A model generated the notes under the pieces. It searched no databases, was not told where the DNA came from, and saw only the letters and a list, made by a program, of their open reading frames with translations. From assembly GCF_045037415.1 (NCBI RefSeq), contig NZ_CP173438.1: a stretch of 64,000 bases of DNA; one strand, written 5' to 3'. Source of the stretch: Escherichia coli. Lineage in GTDB: Bacteria > Pseudomonadota > Gammaproteobacteria > Enterobacterales > Enterobacteriaceae. The position numbers and the translations under genes are program-made. This document shows positions 38,145 through 52,186 of this stretch, in pieces; positions within the stretch are counted from its first letter, which is position 1, and every line of letters starts with the position of its first letter.

Positions 38145-38151
38145 TGTCGAA

Positions 38152-39510
<1,359 letters not shown>

Positions 39511-39546
39511 TTAATTAACTGATGATGAGCCTGGATTTCTGCTCTC

Positions 39547-39585
39547 ACTGAATTTTTATGCAAAATAAATGAGTTTTCATTTAAT
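39547..39585 (-). promoter_or_regulatory. ArgR operator (two ARG boxes) of argG
   Basis: Plus strand: ACTGAATTTTTATGCAAA (39547..39564), ATA, AATGAGTTTTCATTTAAT (39568..39585). These are two 18-bp imperfect palindromes of the TGAAT-N8-ATTCA type separated by 3 bp, 50-90 nt upstream of the argG ATG. Confidence 0.7.
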
Positions 39586-39720
39586 CATCTTTTATCGGAG
39601 ACAGGAAGAGTTTAGTGTGTTTTTTGTAAAATAATGCGCTTAAGGGAAAGCAGGAGAAGGTAAAAGTATTCAACAAATGAAAGTGAACTGGATATTCATT
39701 CACGTGATTAGCAATAAACG

Positions 39721-39750
39721 TTGACAAAATGTGGCGTGGATCACTATAAT
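39721..39750 (+). promoter_or_regulatory. upstream promoter of the metY-rimP-nusA-infB operon
   Basis: Consensus -35 TTGACA (39721..39726) and consensus -10 TATAAT (39745..39750) with an 18-bp spacer. Confidence 0.5.
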
Positions 39751-39798
39751 GCCCGCAGATTTTACGTCCCGTCTCGGTACACCAAATCCCAGCAGTAT

Positions 39799-39827
39799 TT
39801 GCATTTTTTACCCAAAACGAGTAGAAT
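39799..39827 (+). promoter_or_regulatory. proximal metY promoter
   Basis: -35 TTGCAT (39799..39804), 17-bp spacer, -10 TAGAAT (39822..39827). tRNA position 1 lies 16 nt downstream. Confidence 0.6.
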
Positions 39828-39842
39828 TTGCCACGTTTCAGG

Positions 39843-39919
<77 letters not shown>

Positions 39920-40040
39920 CTTTCCCTTAGAGTCCTTTTTCAAATATACTGTGAAGACTTCGGCCTTCGTAGTGGGATTTGAAAAAATCCTTCTGGAAAG
40001 TGCTCCAGACCGCAGTTGCGGTTATAGGGTTCAGTTATAT

Positions 40041-40067
40041 AAAGCCCCGATTTATCGGGGTTTTTTG
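40041..40067 (+). terminator. intrinsic terminator/attenuator downstream of metY
   Basis: AAAGCCCCGA-TTTA-TCGGGGTTTTTT. A second, weaker GGGC/GCCC hairpin plus T7 sits at about 40089..40108. Confidence 0.75.
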
Positions 40068-40125
40068 TTATCTGACTACAGAATAACTGGGCTTTAGGCC
40101 CTTTTTTTATGTCTTGGGGGTGGGC

Positions 40126-40578
40126 TTGTCCACATTAGAGCAAAAATTAACAGAGATGATTACTGCGCCAGTTGAGGCCCTGGGTTTTGAACTGGTTGGC
40201 ATCGAATTTATTCGCGGTCGCACATCCACACTGCGCATCTATATTGATAGTGAAGATGGCATCAATGTTGATGATTGTGCTGATGTGAGCCACCAGGTAA
40301 GTGCTGTGCTGGATGTTGAAGACCCCATCACCGTTGCTTATAACCTGGAAGTCTCCTCACCGGGTCTCGATCGCCCACTGTTCACGGCTGAACACTACGC
40401 CCGTTTTGTCGGAGAAGAGGTGACTCTGGTTCTCCGTATGGCGGTACAAAACCGTCGTAAATGGCAGGGCGTTATCAAAGCGGTAGACGGTGAAATGATC
40501 ACAGTTACCGTCGAAGGTAAAGATGAAGTGTTCGCGCTGAGTAATATCCAGAAGGCGAACCTGGTTCCCCACTTTTAA
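40126..40578 (+). CDS. rimP: ribosome maturation factor RimP
   Basis: Track ORF begins at TTG 40114. TTG 40126 gives the 150-aa (M)[27 protein letters not shown]... The exact start is uncertain. Confidence 0.88.
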
Positions 40579-40605
40579 TAGTCTGGATGAGGTGAAAAGC
40601 CCGCG

Positions 40606-42093
<1,488 letters not shown>

Positions 42094-42117
42094 TAAACTG
42101 TAGCAGGAAGGAACAGC

Positions 42118-44790
42118 ATGACAGATGTAACGATTAAAACGCTGGCCGCAGAGCGACAGACCTCCGTGGAACGCCTGGTACAGCAATTTGCTGATGCAGG
42201 TATCCGGAAGTCTGCTGACGACTCTGTGTCTGCACAAGAGAAACAGACTTTGATTGACCACCTGAATCAGAAAAATTCAGGCCCGGACAAATTGACGCTG
42301 CAACGTAAAACACGCAGCACCCTTAACATTCCTGGTACCGGTGGAAAAAGCAAATCGGTACAAATCGAAGTCCGCAAGAAACGCACCTTTGTGAAACGCG
42401 ATCCGCAAGAGGCTGAGCGCCTTGCAGCGGAAGAGCAAGCGCAGCGTGAAGCGGAAGAGCAAGCCCGTCGTGAGGCAGAAGAATCGGCTAAACGCGAGGC
42501 GCAACAAAAAGCTGAACGTGAGGCCGCAGAACAAGCTAAGCGTGAAGCTGCTGAACAAGCGAAACGTGAAGCTGCGGAAAAAGACAAAGTGAGCAATCAA
42601 CAAGACGATATGACTAAAAACGCCCAGGCTGAAAAAGCCCGCCGTGAGCAGGAAGCTGCAGAGCTCAAGCGTAAAGCCGAAGAAGAAGCGCGTCGTAAAC
42701 TCGAAGAAGAAGCACGTCGCGTTGCTGAAGAAGCACGTCGTATGGCGGAAGAAAACAAATGGACTGATAACGCGGAACCGACTGAAGATTCCAGCGATTA
42801 TCACGTCACTACTTCTCAACATGCTCGCCAGGCAGAAGACGAAAGCGATCGTGAAGTCGAAGGCGGCCGTGGCCGTGGTCGTAACGCGAAAGCAGCGCGT
42901 CCGAAGAAAGGCAACAAACACGCTGAATCAAAAGCTGATCGTGAAGAAGCTCGTGCAGCAGTACGTGGCGGTAAGGGCGGAAAACGTAAAGGTTCTTCGC
43001 TGCAGCAAGGCTTCCAGAAGCCAGCTCAGGCCGTTAACCGTGACGTTGTGATCGGCGAAACCATCACCGTTGGCGAACTGGCGAACAAGATGGCGGTTAA
43101 AGGCTCTCAGGTCATCAAAGCGATGATGAAACTGGGCGCAATGGCAACCATCAACCAGGTTATCGATCAGGAAACCGCACAGCTGGTTGCTGAAGAGATG
43201 GGCCACAAAGTTATCCTGCGTCGTGAAAACGAGCTGGAAGAGGCGGTAATGAGCGACCGTGACACGGGTGCTGCGGCTGAACCGCGCGCGCCGGTTGTGA
43301 CCATCATGGGTCACGTTGACCACGGTAAAACCTCTCTGCTGGACTACATTCGTTCAACGAAAGTGGCCTCTGGCGAAGCGGGCGGCATTACCCAGCACAT
43401 TGGTGCATACCACGTTGAAACTGAAAACGGCATGATCACCTTCCTGGACACCCCGGGGCACGCCGCGTTTACTTCAATGCGTGCACGTGGTGCGCAGGCA
43501 ACGGACATCGTAGTCCTGGTTGTTGCTGCAGACGACGGTGTAATGCCGCAGACCATCGAAGCTATCCAGCACGCGAAAGCGGCGGGTGTTCCGGTGGTGG
43601 TTGCTGTGAACAAAATCGATAAACCAGAAGCCGATCCGGATCGCGTTAAGAACGAACTCTCCCAGTACGGCATCCTGCCAGAAGAGTGGGGCGGCGAAAG
43701 CCAGTTCGTACACGTATCTGCAAAAGCGGGTACCGGTATTGATGAACTGCTGGATGCTATCCTGCTGCAGGCGGAAGTTCTGGAGCTGAAAGCGGTACGT
43801 AAAGGTATGGCGAGCGGTGCGGTTATCGAATCCTTCCTCGATAAAGGTCGTGGTCCGGTTGCTACCGTTCTGGTACGTGAAGGTACTCTGCACAAGGGCG
43901 ATATCGTTCTGTGTGGCTTCGAATACGGTCGTGTTCGTGCAATGCGTAACGAACTGGGTCAGGAAGTGCTGGAAGCGGGTCCGTCCATTCCGGTGGAAAT
44001 CCTCGGCCTGTCCGGCGTACCGGCTGCGGGTGATGAAGTTACCGTTGTACGTGACGAGAAGAAAGCGCGTGAAGTTGCACTTTATCGTCAGGGTAAATTC
44101 CGCGAAGTTAAACTGGCGCGTCAGCAGAAATCTAAACTCGAGAACATGTTCGCCAACATGACCGAAGGCGAAGTTCACGAAGTGAATATCGTCCTGAAGG
44201 CAGACGTACAGGGTTCTGTGGAAGCAATTTCTGACTCCTTGCTGAAACTGTCTACTGACGAAGTTAAAGTGAAGATCATCGGTTCTGGCGTAGGTGGTAT
44301 CACCGAAACCGACGCTACCCTGGCTGCGGCGTCCAACGCCATCCTGGTTGGCTTCAACGTACGTGCTGATGCCTCTGCACGTAAAGTGATTGAAGCGGAA
44401 AGCCTGGATCTGCGTTACTACTCCGTCATCTATAACCTGATCGACGAAGTGAAAGCGGCGATGAGCGGTATGCTGTCTCCGGAACTGAAACAGCAGATTA
44501 TCGGTCTGGCGGAAGTTCGTGACGTGTTCAAATCACCGAAATTTGGTGCTATCGCAGGTTGTATGGTTACCGAAGGTGTGGTTAAACGTCACAACCCGAT
44601 CCGCGTTCTGCGCGACAACGTGGTTATCTACGAAGGCGAGCTGGAGTCCCTGCGACGCTTCAAAGATGACGTTAACGAAGTCCGTAACGGTATGGAATGT
44701 GGTATCGGCGTTAAGAACTACAACGATGTCCGCACTGGCGATGTGATCGAAGTATTCGAAATCATCGAGATCCAACGTACCATCGCTTAA
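42118..44790 (+). CDS. infB: translation initiation factor IF-2 (alpha form)
   Basis: 890 aa. Charged E/A/K/R-rich N-terminal region, G domain GHVDHGKTS ... DTPGH ... NKID. Confidence 0.98.
42526..42573 (+). repeat. tandem imperfect 24-nt repeat inside infB (AEQAKREA x2)
   Basis: Codons 137-144 and 145-152 both encode AEQAKREA: GCAGAACAAGCTAAGCGTGAAGCT / GCTGAACAAGCGAAACGTGAAGCT. Confidence 0.8.
42589..42591 (+). other. infB: internal in-frame GTG start for the IF2-beta isoform
   Basis: GTG at codon 158 ([11 protein letters not shown]), with ATG at codon 165. This matches the established positions of the shorter IF2 isoforms in E. coli. Confidence 0.7.
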
Positions 44791-44807
44791 GGTTTTTAGG
44801 GTTCCAT

Positions 44808-44877
44808 GCGGGATAAGGCGTTTATGCCGCATCCTGTATGGATTGCCTGATGCGACGCTGGCGCGTCTTATCAGGCC
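44808..44877. repeat. BIME (two inverted REP elements) between infB and rbfA
   Basis: GCGGGATAAGGCGTTTATGCCGCATCC (44808..44834) and GCCTGATGCGACGCTGGCGCGTCTTATCAGGCC (44845..44877). Confidence 0.85.
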
Positions 44878-44911
44878 AACGTGAACAGCCCTTCCACCTG
44901 AAATTAATTTT

Positions 44912-44937
44912 AAAAAGGGGCTAACAGCCCCTTTTTT
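44912..44937 (+). terminator. intrinsic terminator-like hairpin immediately upstream of rbfA
   Basis: AAAAAGGGGCT-AAC-AGCCCCTTTTTT. The T-run ends 16 nt before the rbfA ATG. Confidence 0.7.
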
Positions 44938-44953
44938 GTCAGGAGAATTTATT

Positions 44954-45355
44954 ATGGCGAAAGAATTTGGTCGCCCGCAGCGCGTAGCGCAGGAAATGCA
45001 AAAAGAGATCGCTCTCATCCTGCAGCGTGAAATTAAAGATCCTCGTCTGGGCATGATGACCACCGTTTCCGGTGTCGAAATGTCTCGCGACCTGGCGTAT
45101 GCCAAAGTATATGTGACGTTCCTCAACGACAAAGATGAAGACGCGGTTAAAGCGGGCATCAAAGCGTTGCAGGAAGCTTCTGGTTTCATCCGCAGCCTGC
45201 TGGGGAAAGCGATGCGCCTGCGTATCGTGCCGGAACTGACCTTCTTCTACGACAACTCTCTGGTTGAAGGGATGCGCATGTCAAACCTGGTGACCAGCGT
45301 GGTCAAACATGACGAAGAACGTCGTGTTAACCCGGACGACAGCAAGGAGGACTAA
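44954..45355 (+). CDS. rbfA: 30S ribosome-binding factor RbfA
   Basis: Track ORF (TTG 44936) trimmed to ATG 44954 ([24 protein letters not shown]...), 133 aa. Confidence 0.96.
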
Positions 45356-46299
45356 TGAGTCGTCCTCGTCGTCGCGGTCGCGACATTAACGGCGTTTTGT
45401 TGCTGGATAAACCGCAGGGGATGTCCAGCAACGATGCGCTGCAAAAAGTGAAACGGATTTATAACGCCAACCGTGCCGGGCATACCGGTGCGCTGGACCC
45501 GCTGGCGACCGGCATGTTGCCAATTTGCCTCGGGGAAGCGACGAAGTTTTCCCAGTATCTGCTGGACTCCGACAAACGTTATCGGGTCATTGCGCGTCTT
45601 GGACAGCGTACCGATACTTCTGATGCCGACGGACAAATCGTTGAAGAACGTCCGGTAACCTTTAGTGCAGAGCAACTGGCGGCGGCGCTGGATACCTTCC
45701 GTGGCGATATCGAACAGATTCCTTCGATGTATTCAGCACTGAAATATCAGGGCAAAAAACTGTACGAATACGCGCGTCAGGGCATTGAAGTTCCACGTGA
45801 AGCGCGCCCGATTACCGTTTATGAATTGCTGTTTATTCGCCATGAAGGCAATGAGCTGGAGCTGGAAATTCACTGCTCAAAAGGCACTTATATCCGCACT
45901 ATCATTGACGATCTCGGCGAAAAACTCGGTTGTGGCGCGCATGTTATTTACTTGCGTCGTCTGGCGGTAAGTAAATATCCGGTTGAACGGATGGTGACCC
46001 TGGAACATCTGCGTGAACTGGTTGAGCAAGCCGAACAGCAGGATATTCCGGCTGCGGAGTTACTTGACCCATTACTGATGCCAATGGACAGTCCAGCTTC
46101 GGACTACCCAGTGGTGAATCTTCCGTTAACGTCTTCTGTTTACTTCAAAAATGGTAACCCAGTTCGTACATCCGGTGCGCCGCTGGAAGGACTGGTTCGC
46201 GTTACAGAGGGTGAGAACGGCAAGTTTATCGGTATGGGCGAAATTGACGATGAAGGCCGCGTTGCGCCTCGTCGCCTGGTGGTTGAATACCCGGCGTAA
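45355..46299 (+). CDS. truB: tRNA pseudouridine-55 synthase
   Basis: 314 aa. Catalytic Asp motif [12 protein letters not shown]. The ATG overlaps the rbfA stop (TAATG). Confidence 0.98.
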
Positions 46300-46351
46300 T
46301 GTTAACCGTCTTGCGATAACAGGTCGCTACGAGTAGAATACTGCCGCTTAA

Positions 46352-46717
<366 letters not shown>

Positions 46718-46733
46718 TTCTTGCGAGTTTCAG

Positions 46734-46761
46734 AAAAGGGGGCCTGAGTGGCCCCTTTTTT
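46734..46761. terminator. bidirectional intrinsic terminator (rpsO on +, SraG on -)
   Basis: AAAAGGGGCC-TGAGT-GGCCCCTTTTTT. The A-run/T-run flanks give U-tracts on both strands. Confidence 0.85.
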
Positions 46762-46907
46762 CAAGCTGACGGCAGCAATTCACTGGAAACTAATGTATTG
46801 TTGCTATGAATGATCTTCCGTTGCAGAGGTTCGCGCGGCTAATGAGAGGCTTTACCCACATAGAGCTGGGTTAGGGTTGTCATTAGTCGCGAGGATGCGC
46901 AGAAGAT
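46734..46907 (-). ncRNA. sraG: sRNA SraG (PsrO), antisense to the pnp leader
   Basis: Placed from my recall of its K-12 position relative to rpsO and pnp. The flanking gene boundaries map consistently, and the predicted 3' end falls exactly on the U4 after the shared hairpin. The 5' end was not verified from sequence alone. Confidence 0.6.
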
Positions 46908-46963
46908 CGGGTATTAACACCAGTACCGTAAGGTACTGTCTAAGAAAGAGAAAGGATATTACA
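46762..46963 (+). promoter_or_regulatory. pnp 5' leader (RNase III-processed autoregulatory region)
   Basis: A 200-nt untranslated spacer between the rpsO terminator and the pnp TTG start. It contains structured segments, e.g. CAGTACC-GTAA-GGTACTG at 46921..46938 just before the SD AGAAAGAGAAAGGA. RNase III and PNPase autoregulation here is established knowledge. Confidence 0.55.
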
Positions 46964-49099
46964 TTGCTTAATCCGATCGTTCGTAAATTCCAGTACGGCC
47001 AACACACCGTGACTCTGGAAACCGGCATGATGGCTCGTCAGGCTACTGCCGCTGTTATGGTTAGCATGGATGACACCGCGGTATTTGTTACCGTTGTTGG
47101 TCAGAAAAAAGCCAAACCAGGTCAGGACTTCTTCCCGCTGACCGTTAACTATCAGGAGCGTACCTACGCTGCTGGTCGTATCCCGGGTAGCTTCTTCCGT
47201 CGTGAAGGCCGCCCAAGCGAAGGCGAAACCCTGATCGCGCGTCTGATTGACCGCCCGATTCGCCCGCTGTTCCCGGAAGGCTTCGTCAACGAAGTTCAGG
47301 TTATCGCCACCGTGGTTTCTGTTAACCCGCAGGTTAACCCGGATATCGTCGCGATGATTGGTGCTTCCGCAGCACTGTCTCTGTCTGGTATTCCGTTCAA
47401 TGGCCCGATTGGTGCTGCCCGTGTAGGTTACATCAATGACCAGTACGTACTGAACCCGACTCAGGACGAACTGAAAGAGAGCAAACTGGACCTGGTTGTT
47501 GCCGGTACAGAAGCTGCCGTGCTGATGGTTGAATCTGAAGCTGAACTGCTGAGCGAAGACCAAATGCTGGGCGCAGTGGTGTTCGGTCATGAACAACAGC
47601 AGGTTGTTATTCAGAACATCAATGAACTGGTGAAAGAAGCCGGTAAACCGCGTTGGGATTGGCAGCCGGAGCCGGTAAACGAAGCGCTGAACGCGCGCGT
47701 TGCTGCGCTGGCTGAAGCTCGTCTGAGCGATGCTTACCGCATCACCGACAAACAAGAGCGTTATGCGCAGGTTGATGTCATCAAATCTGAAACCATCGCG
47801 ACACTGCTTGCTGAAGACGAAACCCTGGACGAAAACGAACTGGGTGAAATTCTGCACGCTATCGAGAAAAATGTTGTTCGTAGCCGCGTACTGGCCGGCG
47901 AACCGCGTATCGACGGTCGTGAAAAAGATATGATCCGTGGTCTGGATGTGCGTACTGGTGTGCTGCCGCGTACTCACGGTTCTGCGCTGTTCACCCGTGG
48001 TGAAACGCAGGCGCTGGTTACCGCAACGCTGGGTACTGCTCGTGACGCGCAGGTTCTTGATGAACTGATGGGCGAACGTACCGATACCTTCCTGTTCCAC
48101 TACAACTTCCCTCCGTACTCCGTAGGCGAAACCGGCATGGTCGGTTCTCCGAAGCGTCGTGAAATTGGTCACGGTCGTCTGGCGAAGCGCGGCGTGCTGG
48201 CAGTAATGCCGGATATGGACAAATTCCCGTACACCGTACGTGTTGTGTCTGAAATCACCGAATCCAACGGTTCCTCTTCTATGGCTTCCGTGTGCGGCGC
48301 GTCTCTGGCGCTGATGGACGCCGGTGTGCCGATCAAAGCTGCCGTTGCGGGTATCGCAATGGGTCTGGTGAAAGAAGGCGACAACTACGTTGTACTGTCT
48401 GACATTTTGGGCGACGAAGATCACCTGGGCGATATGGACTTCAAAGTTGCGGGTTCTCGTGACGGTATCTCTGCATTGCAGATGGATATCAAAATTGAAG
48501 GTATCACCAAAGAGATCATGCAGGTTGCACTGAACCAGGCTAAAGGTGCGCGTCTGCATATCCTGGGCGTAATGGAACAGGCGATCAATGCGCCGCGCGG
48601 TGATATCTCTGAGTTCGCTCCGCGTATCCATACCATCAAGATCAATCCAGACAAGATCAAAGACGTTATCGGTAAAGGCGGTTCTGTAATCCGTGCTCTG
48701 ACCGAAGAAACTGGCACTACCATCGAAATCGAAGATGACGGTACTGTGAAGATCGCAGCGACCGACGGCGAGAAGGCGAAAAACGCTATTCGTCGTATCG
48801 AAGAGATCACTGCAGAAATCGAAGTAGGCCGCGTCTACAATGGTAAAGTGACCCGAATCGTTGACTTTGGCGCATTTGTTGCCATCGGCGGCGGTAAAGA
48901 AGGTCTGGTCCACATCTCTCAAATCGCTGATAAACGCGTTGAGAAAGTGACCGATTACCTGCAGATGGGTCAGGAAGTACCGGTGAAAGTTCTGGAAGTT
49001 GATCGCCAGGGCCGTATCCGTCTGAGCATTAAAGAAGCGACTGAGCAGTCTCAACCTGCTGCAGCACCGGAAGCTCCGGCTGCTGAACAGGGCGAGTAA
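46964..49099 (+). CDS. pnp: polynucleotide phosphorylase
   Basis: Track ORF 46877..49099 trimmed to in-frame TTG 46964, giving (M)[25 protein letters not shown]..., 711 aa. Two RNase PH domains, KH and S1. Confidence 0.96.
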   Translation: MLNPIVRKFQYGQHTVTLETGMMARQATAAVMVSMDDTAVFVTVVGQKKAKPGQDFFPLTVNYQERTYAAGRIPGSFFRREGRPSEGETLIARLIDRPIRPLFPEGFVNEVQVIATVVSVNPQVNPDIVAMIGASAALSLSGIPFNGPIGAARVGYINDQYVLNPTQDELKESKLDLVVAGTEAAVLMVESEAELLSEDQMLGAVVFGHEQQQVVIQNINELVKEAGKPRWDWQPEPVNEALNARVAALAEARLSDAYRITDKQERYAQVDVIKSETIATLLAEDETLDENELGEILHAIEKNVVRSRVLAGEPRIDGREKDMIRGLDVRTGVLPRTHGSALFTRGETQALVTATLGTARDAQVLDELMGERTDTFLFHYNFPPYSVGETGMVGSPKRREIGHGRLAKRGVLAVMPDMDKFPYTVRVVSEITESNGSSSMASVCGASLALMDAGVPIKAAVAGIAMGLVKEGDNYVVLSDILGDEDHLGDMDFKVAGSRDGISALQMDIKIEGITKEIMQVALNQAKGARLHILGVMEQAINAPRGDISEFAPRIHTIKINPDKIKDVIGKGGSVIRALTEETGTTIEIEDDGTVKIAATDGEKAKNAIRRIEEITAEIEVGRVYNGKVTRIVDFGAFVAIGGGKEGLVHISQIADKRVEKVTDYLQMGQEVPVKVLEVDRQGRIRLSIKEATEQSQPAAAPEAPAAEQGE

Positions 49100-49110
49100 G
49101 GTTGCCATTT

Positions 49111-49136
49111 GCCCTCCGCTGCGGCGGGGGGCTTTT
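49111..49136 (+). terminator. intrinsic terminator after pnp (short U-tract, probably leaky)
   Basis: GCCCTCCGC-TGCG-GCGGGGGGC (one G-U pair) followed by TTTT. Confidence 0.65.
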
Positions 49137-49207
49137 AACCGGGCAGGACGCCTTGTTAGCAACCGGGAACAGGACGTTCATTCAACCGTGGTCTTCGGGA
49201 GTGGGAA

Positions 49208-50092
49208 ATGAAGCCTTTTTTGCGCTGGTGTTTCGTTGCGACAGCACTTACGCTTGCAGGATGCAGTAATACTTCCTGGCGTAAAAGTGAAGTCCTCGCG
49301 GTACCATTGCAACCGACTTTACAGCAGGAAGTGATTCTGGCACGTATGGAACAAATCCTTGCCAGTCGGGCTTTAACCGATGACGAACGCGCACAGCTTT
49401 TATATGAGCGCGGAGTGTTGTATGATAGTCTCGGTCTGAGGGCATTAGCGCGTAACGATTTTTCGCAAGCGCTGGCAATCCGACCGGATATGCCTGAAGT
49501 ATTCAATTACTTAGGCATATATTTAACGCAGGCAGGCAATTTTGATGCTGCCTATGAAGCGTTTGATTCTGTACTTGAGCTTGATCCAACTTACAACTAC
49601 GCGCACTTGAATCGCGGGATCGCATTATATTACGGCGGTCGTGACAAGTTAGCGCAAGATGATCTGCTGGCGTTTTATCAAGACGATCCCAATGATCCTT
49701 TCCGTAGTCTGTGGCTTTATCTCGCCGAGCAGAAGCTCGATGAGAAGCAGGCTAAAGAAGTGTTGAAACAGCACTTCGAAAAATCGGATAAGGAACAGTG
49801 GGGATGGAACATTGTCGAGTTCTACCTGGGCAACATTAGCGAACAAACGTTAATGGAAAGGCTCAAGGCGGACGCAACGGATAACACCTCGCTCGCTGAG
49901 CATCTCAGTGAAACCAACTTCTATTTAGGTAAGTACTACCTAAGTCTGGGGGATTTGGACAGCGCCACGGCACTGTTCAAACTGGCGGTTGCCAACAACG
50001 TTCATAACTTTGTTGAGCACCGATACGCATTGTTGGAATTATCGCTCCTGGGCCAGGACCAAGATGACCTGGCAGAATCGGACCAGCAATAG
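49208..50092 (+). CDS. nlpI: TPR lipoprotein NlpI
   Basis: 294 aa. Lipobox LTLAGCS. TPR repeats. Confidence 0.97.
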
Positions 50093-50198
50093 CTGACGTA
50101 CACATCAGCCCGTAATCTTTTTTGATTGCCATCACCTTAACGGGTGAGGGCGTTGTTGTTCGTTAATACACCTACTTTGAGCCGGTTCACACTTTTCA

Positions 50199-50279
50199 AT
50201 GAAAATTGCTGATCAATTTCATGATGAGTTATGTAGACTGGCCGCCATTAATTTTGAGGCACACGTACTACATGGCTGA
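50199..50279 (+). CDS. yrbN: small protein YrbN (26 aa)
   Basis: My translation: ATG AAA ATT GCT GAT CAA ... CAT GGC TGA = [26 protein letters not shown]. It is too short for the ORF track. Its last codons overlap the deaD ATG (50272) out of frame. Confidence 0.75.
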
Positions 50280-52161
50280 ATTCGAAACCACTTTTGCAGA
50301 TCTGGGCCTGAAGGCTCCTATCCTTGAAGCCCTTAACGATCTGGGTTACGAAAAACCATCTCCAATTCAGGCAGAGTGTATTCCACATCTGCTGAATGGC
50401 CGCGACGTTCTGGGTATGGCCCAGACGGGGAGCGGAAAAACTGCAGCATTCTCTTTACCTCTGCTGCAGAATCTTGATCCTGAGCTGAAAGCACCACAGA
50501 TTCTGGTGCTGGCACCGACCCGCGAACTGGCGGTACAGGTTGCTGAAGCAATGACGGATTTCTCTAAACACATGCGCGGCGTAAACGTGGTTGCCCTGTA
50601 CGGCGGCCAACGTTATGACGTGCAATTACGCGCCCTGCGTCAGGGGCCGCAGATCGTTGTCGGTACACCGGGCCGTCTGCTGGACCACCTGAAACGTGGC
50701 ACTCTGGACCTCTCTAAACTGAGCGGTCTGGTTCTGGATGAAGCTGACGAAATGCTGCGCATGGGCTTCATCGAAGACGTTGAAACCATTATGGCGCAGA
50801 TCCCGGAAGGTCATCAGACCGCTCTGTTCTCTGCAACCATGCCGGAAGCGATTCGTCGCATTACCCGCCGCTTTATGAAAGAGCCGCAGGAAGTGCGCAT
50901 TCAGTCCAGCGTGACTACCCGTCCTGACATCAGCCAGAGCTACTGGACTGTCTGGGGTATGCGTAAAAACGAAGCACTGGTACGTTTCCTGGAAGCGGAA
51001 GATTTTGATGCGGCGATTATCTTCGTTCGTACCAAAAACGCGACTCTGGAAGTGGCAGAAGCTCTTGAGCGTAACGGCTACAACAGCGCCGCGCTGAACG
51101 GTGACATGAACCAGGCGCTGCGTGAGCAGACACTGGAACGCCTGAAAGATGGTCGTCTGGACATCCTGATTGCGACCGACGTTGCAGCCCGTGGCCTGGA
51201 CGTTGAGCGTATCAGCCTGGTGGTTAACTACGATATCCCGATGGATTCTGAGTCTTACGTTCACCGTATCGGTCGTACCGGTCGTGCAGGTCGTGCTGGT
51301 CGTGCACTGCTGTTCGTTGAGAACCGTGAGCGTCGTCTGCTGCGCAACATCGAACGCACCATGAAGCTGACCATTCCGGAAGTAGAACTGCCGAACGCAG
51401 AACTGCTGGGCAAACGTCGTCTGGAAAAATTTGCCGCTAAAGTACAGCAGCAGCTGGAAAGCAGCGATCTGGATCAATACCGTGCACTGCTGAGCAAAAT
51501 TCAGCCGACTGCCGAAGGTGAAGAGCTGGATCTCGAAACTCTGGCAGCCGCACTACTGAAAATGGCACAGGGTGAACGTACTCTGATTGTTCCGCCAGAT
51601 GCGCCGATGCGTCCGAAACGTGAATTCCGTGACCGTGATGACCGTGGTCCGCGCGATCGTAACGACCGTGGCCCGCGTGGCGACCGTGAAGATCGTCCGC
51701 GTCGCGAACGTCGTGATGTTGGCGATATGCAGTTGTACCGTATTGAAGTGGGCCGCGATGATGGTGTTGAAGTTCGTCATATCGTTGGCGCGATTGCTAA
51801 CGAAGGCGACATCAGCAGCCGTTACATCGGTAACATCAAGCTGTTTGCTTCTCACTCCACCATCGAACTGCCGAAAGGTATGCCGGGTGAAGTGCTGCAA
51901 CACTTTACGCGTACTCGCATTCTCAACAAGCCAATGAACATGCAGTTACTGGGCGATGCACAGCCGCATACTGGCGGTGAGCGTCGTGGCGGTGGTCGTG
52001 GTTTCGGTGGCGAACGTCGTGAAGGCGGTCGTAACTTCAGCGGTGAACGCCGTGAAGGTGGCCGTGGTGATGGGCGTCGTTTTAGCGGCGAACGTCGTGA
52101 AGGCCGCGCACCGCGTCGTGATGACTCTACCGGTCGTCGTCGTTTCGGTGGTGATGCGTAA
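50272..52161 (+). CDS. deaD: cold-shock DEAD-box RNA helicase DeaD (CsdA)
   Basis: Track ORF (TTG 50206) trimmed to ATG 50272 ([21 protein letters not shown]...), 629 aa. [25 protein letters not shown] motifs and an R/G/E-rich tail. Confidence 0.96.
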
Positions 52162-52186
52162 TCATCGCTGAACAGCGAACACAATC

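Noticed and set aside
46940-49162. A 740-aa minus-strand ORF exactly mirroring pnp. Similar cases lie opposite ftsH (31427..32914, 495 aa), nusA (40792..42261, 489 aa) and mlaC (20395..21030, 211 aa).
   Set aside because: In each case the antisense ORF is in the codon-aligned frame (same coordinate modulo 3 as the sense codons), where stops arise only from sense TTA, CTA or TCA codons. These are rare in highly expressed E. coli genes, so long open antisense frames are expected. The translations are low-complexity, R/H/F/T-rich and have no SD or promoter context.
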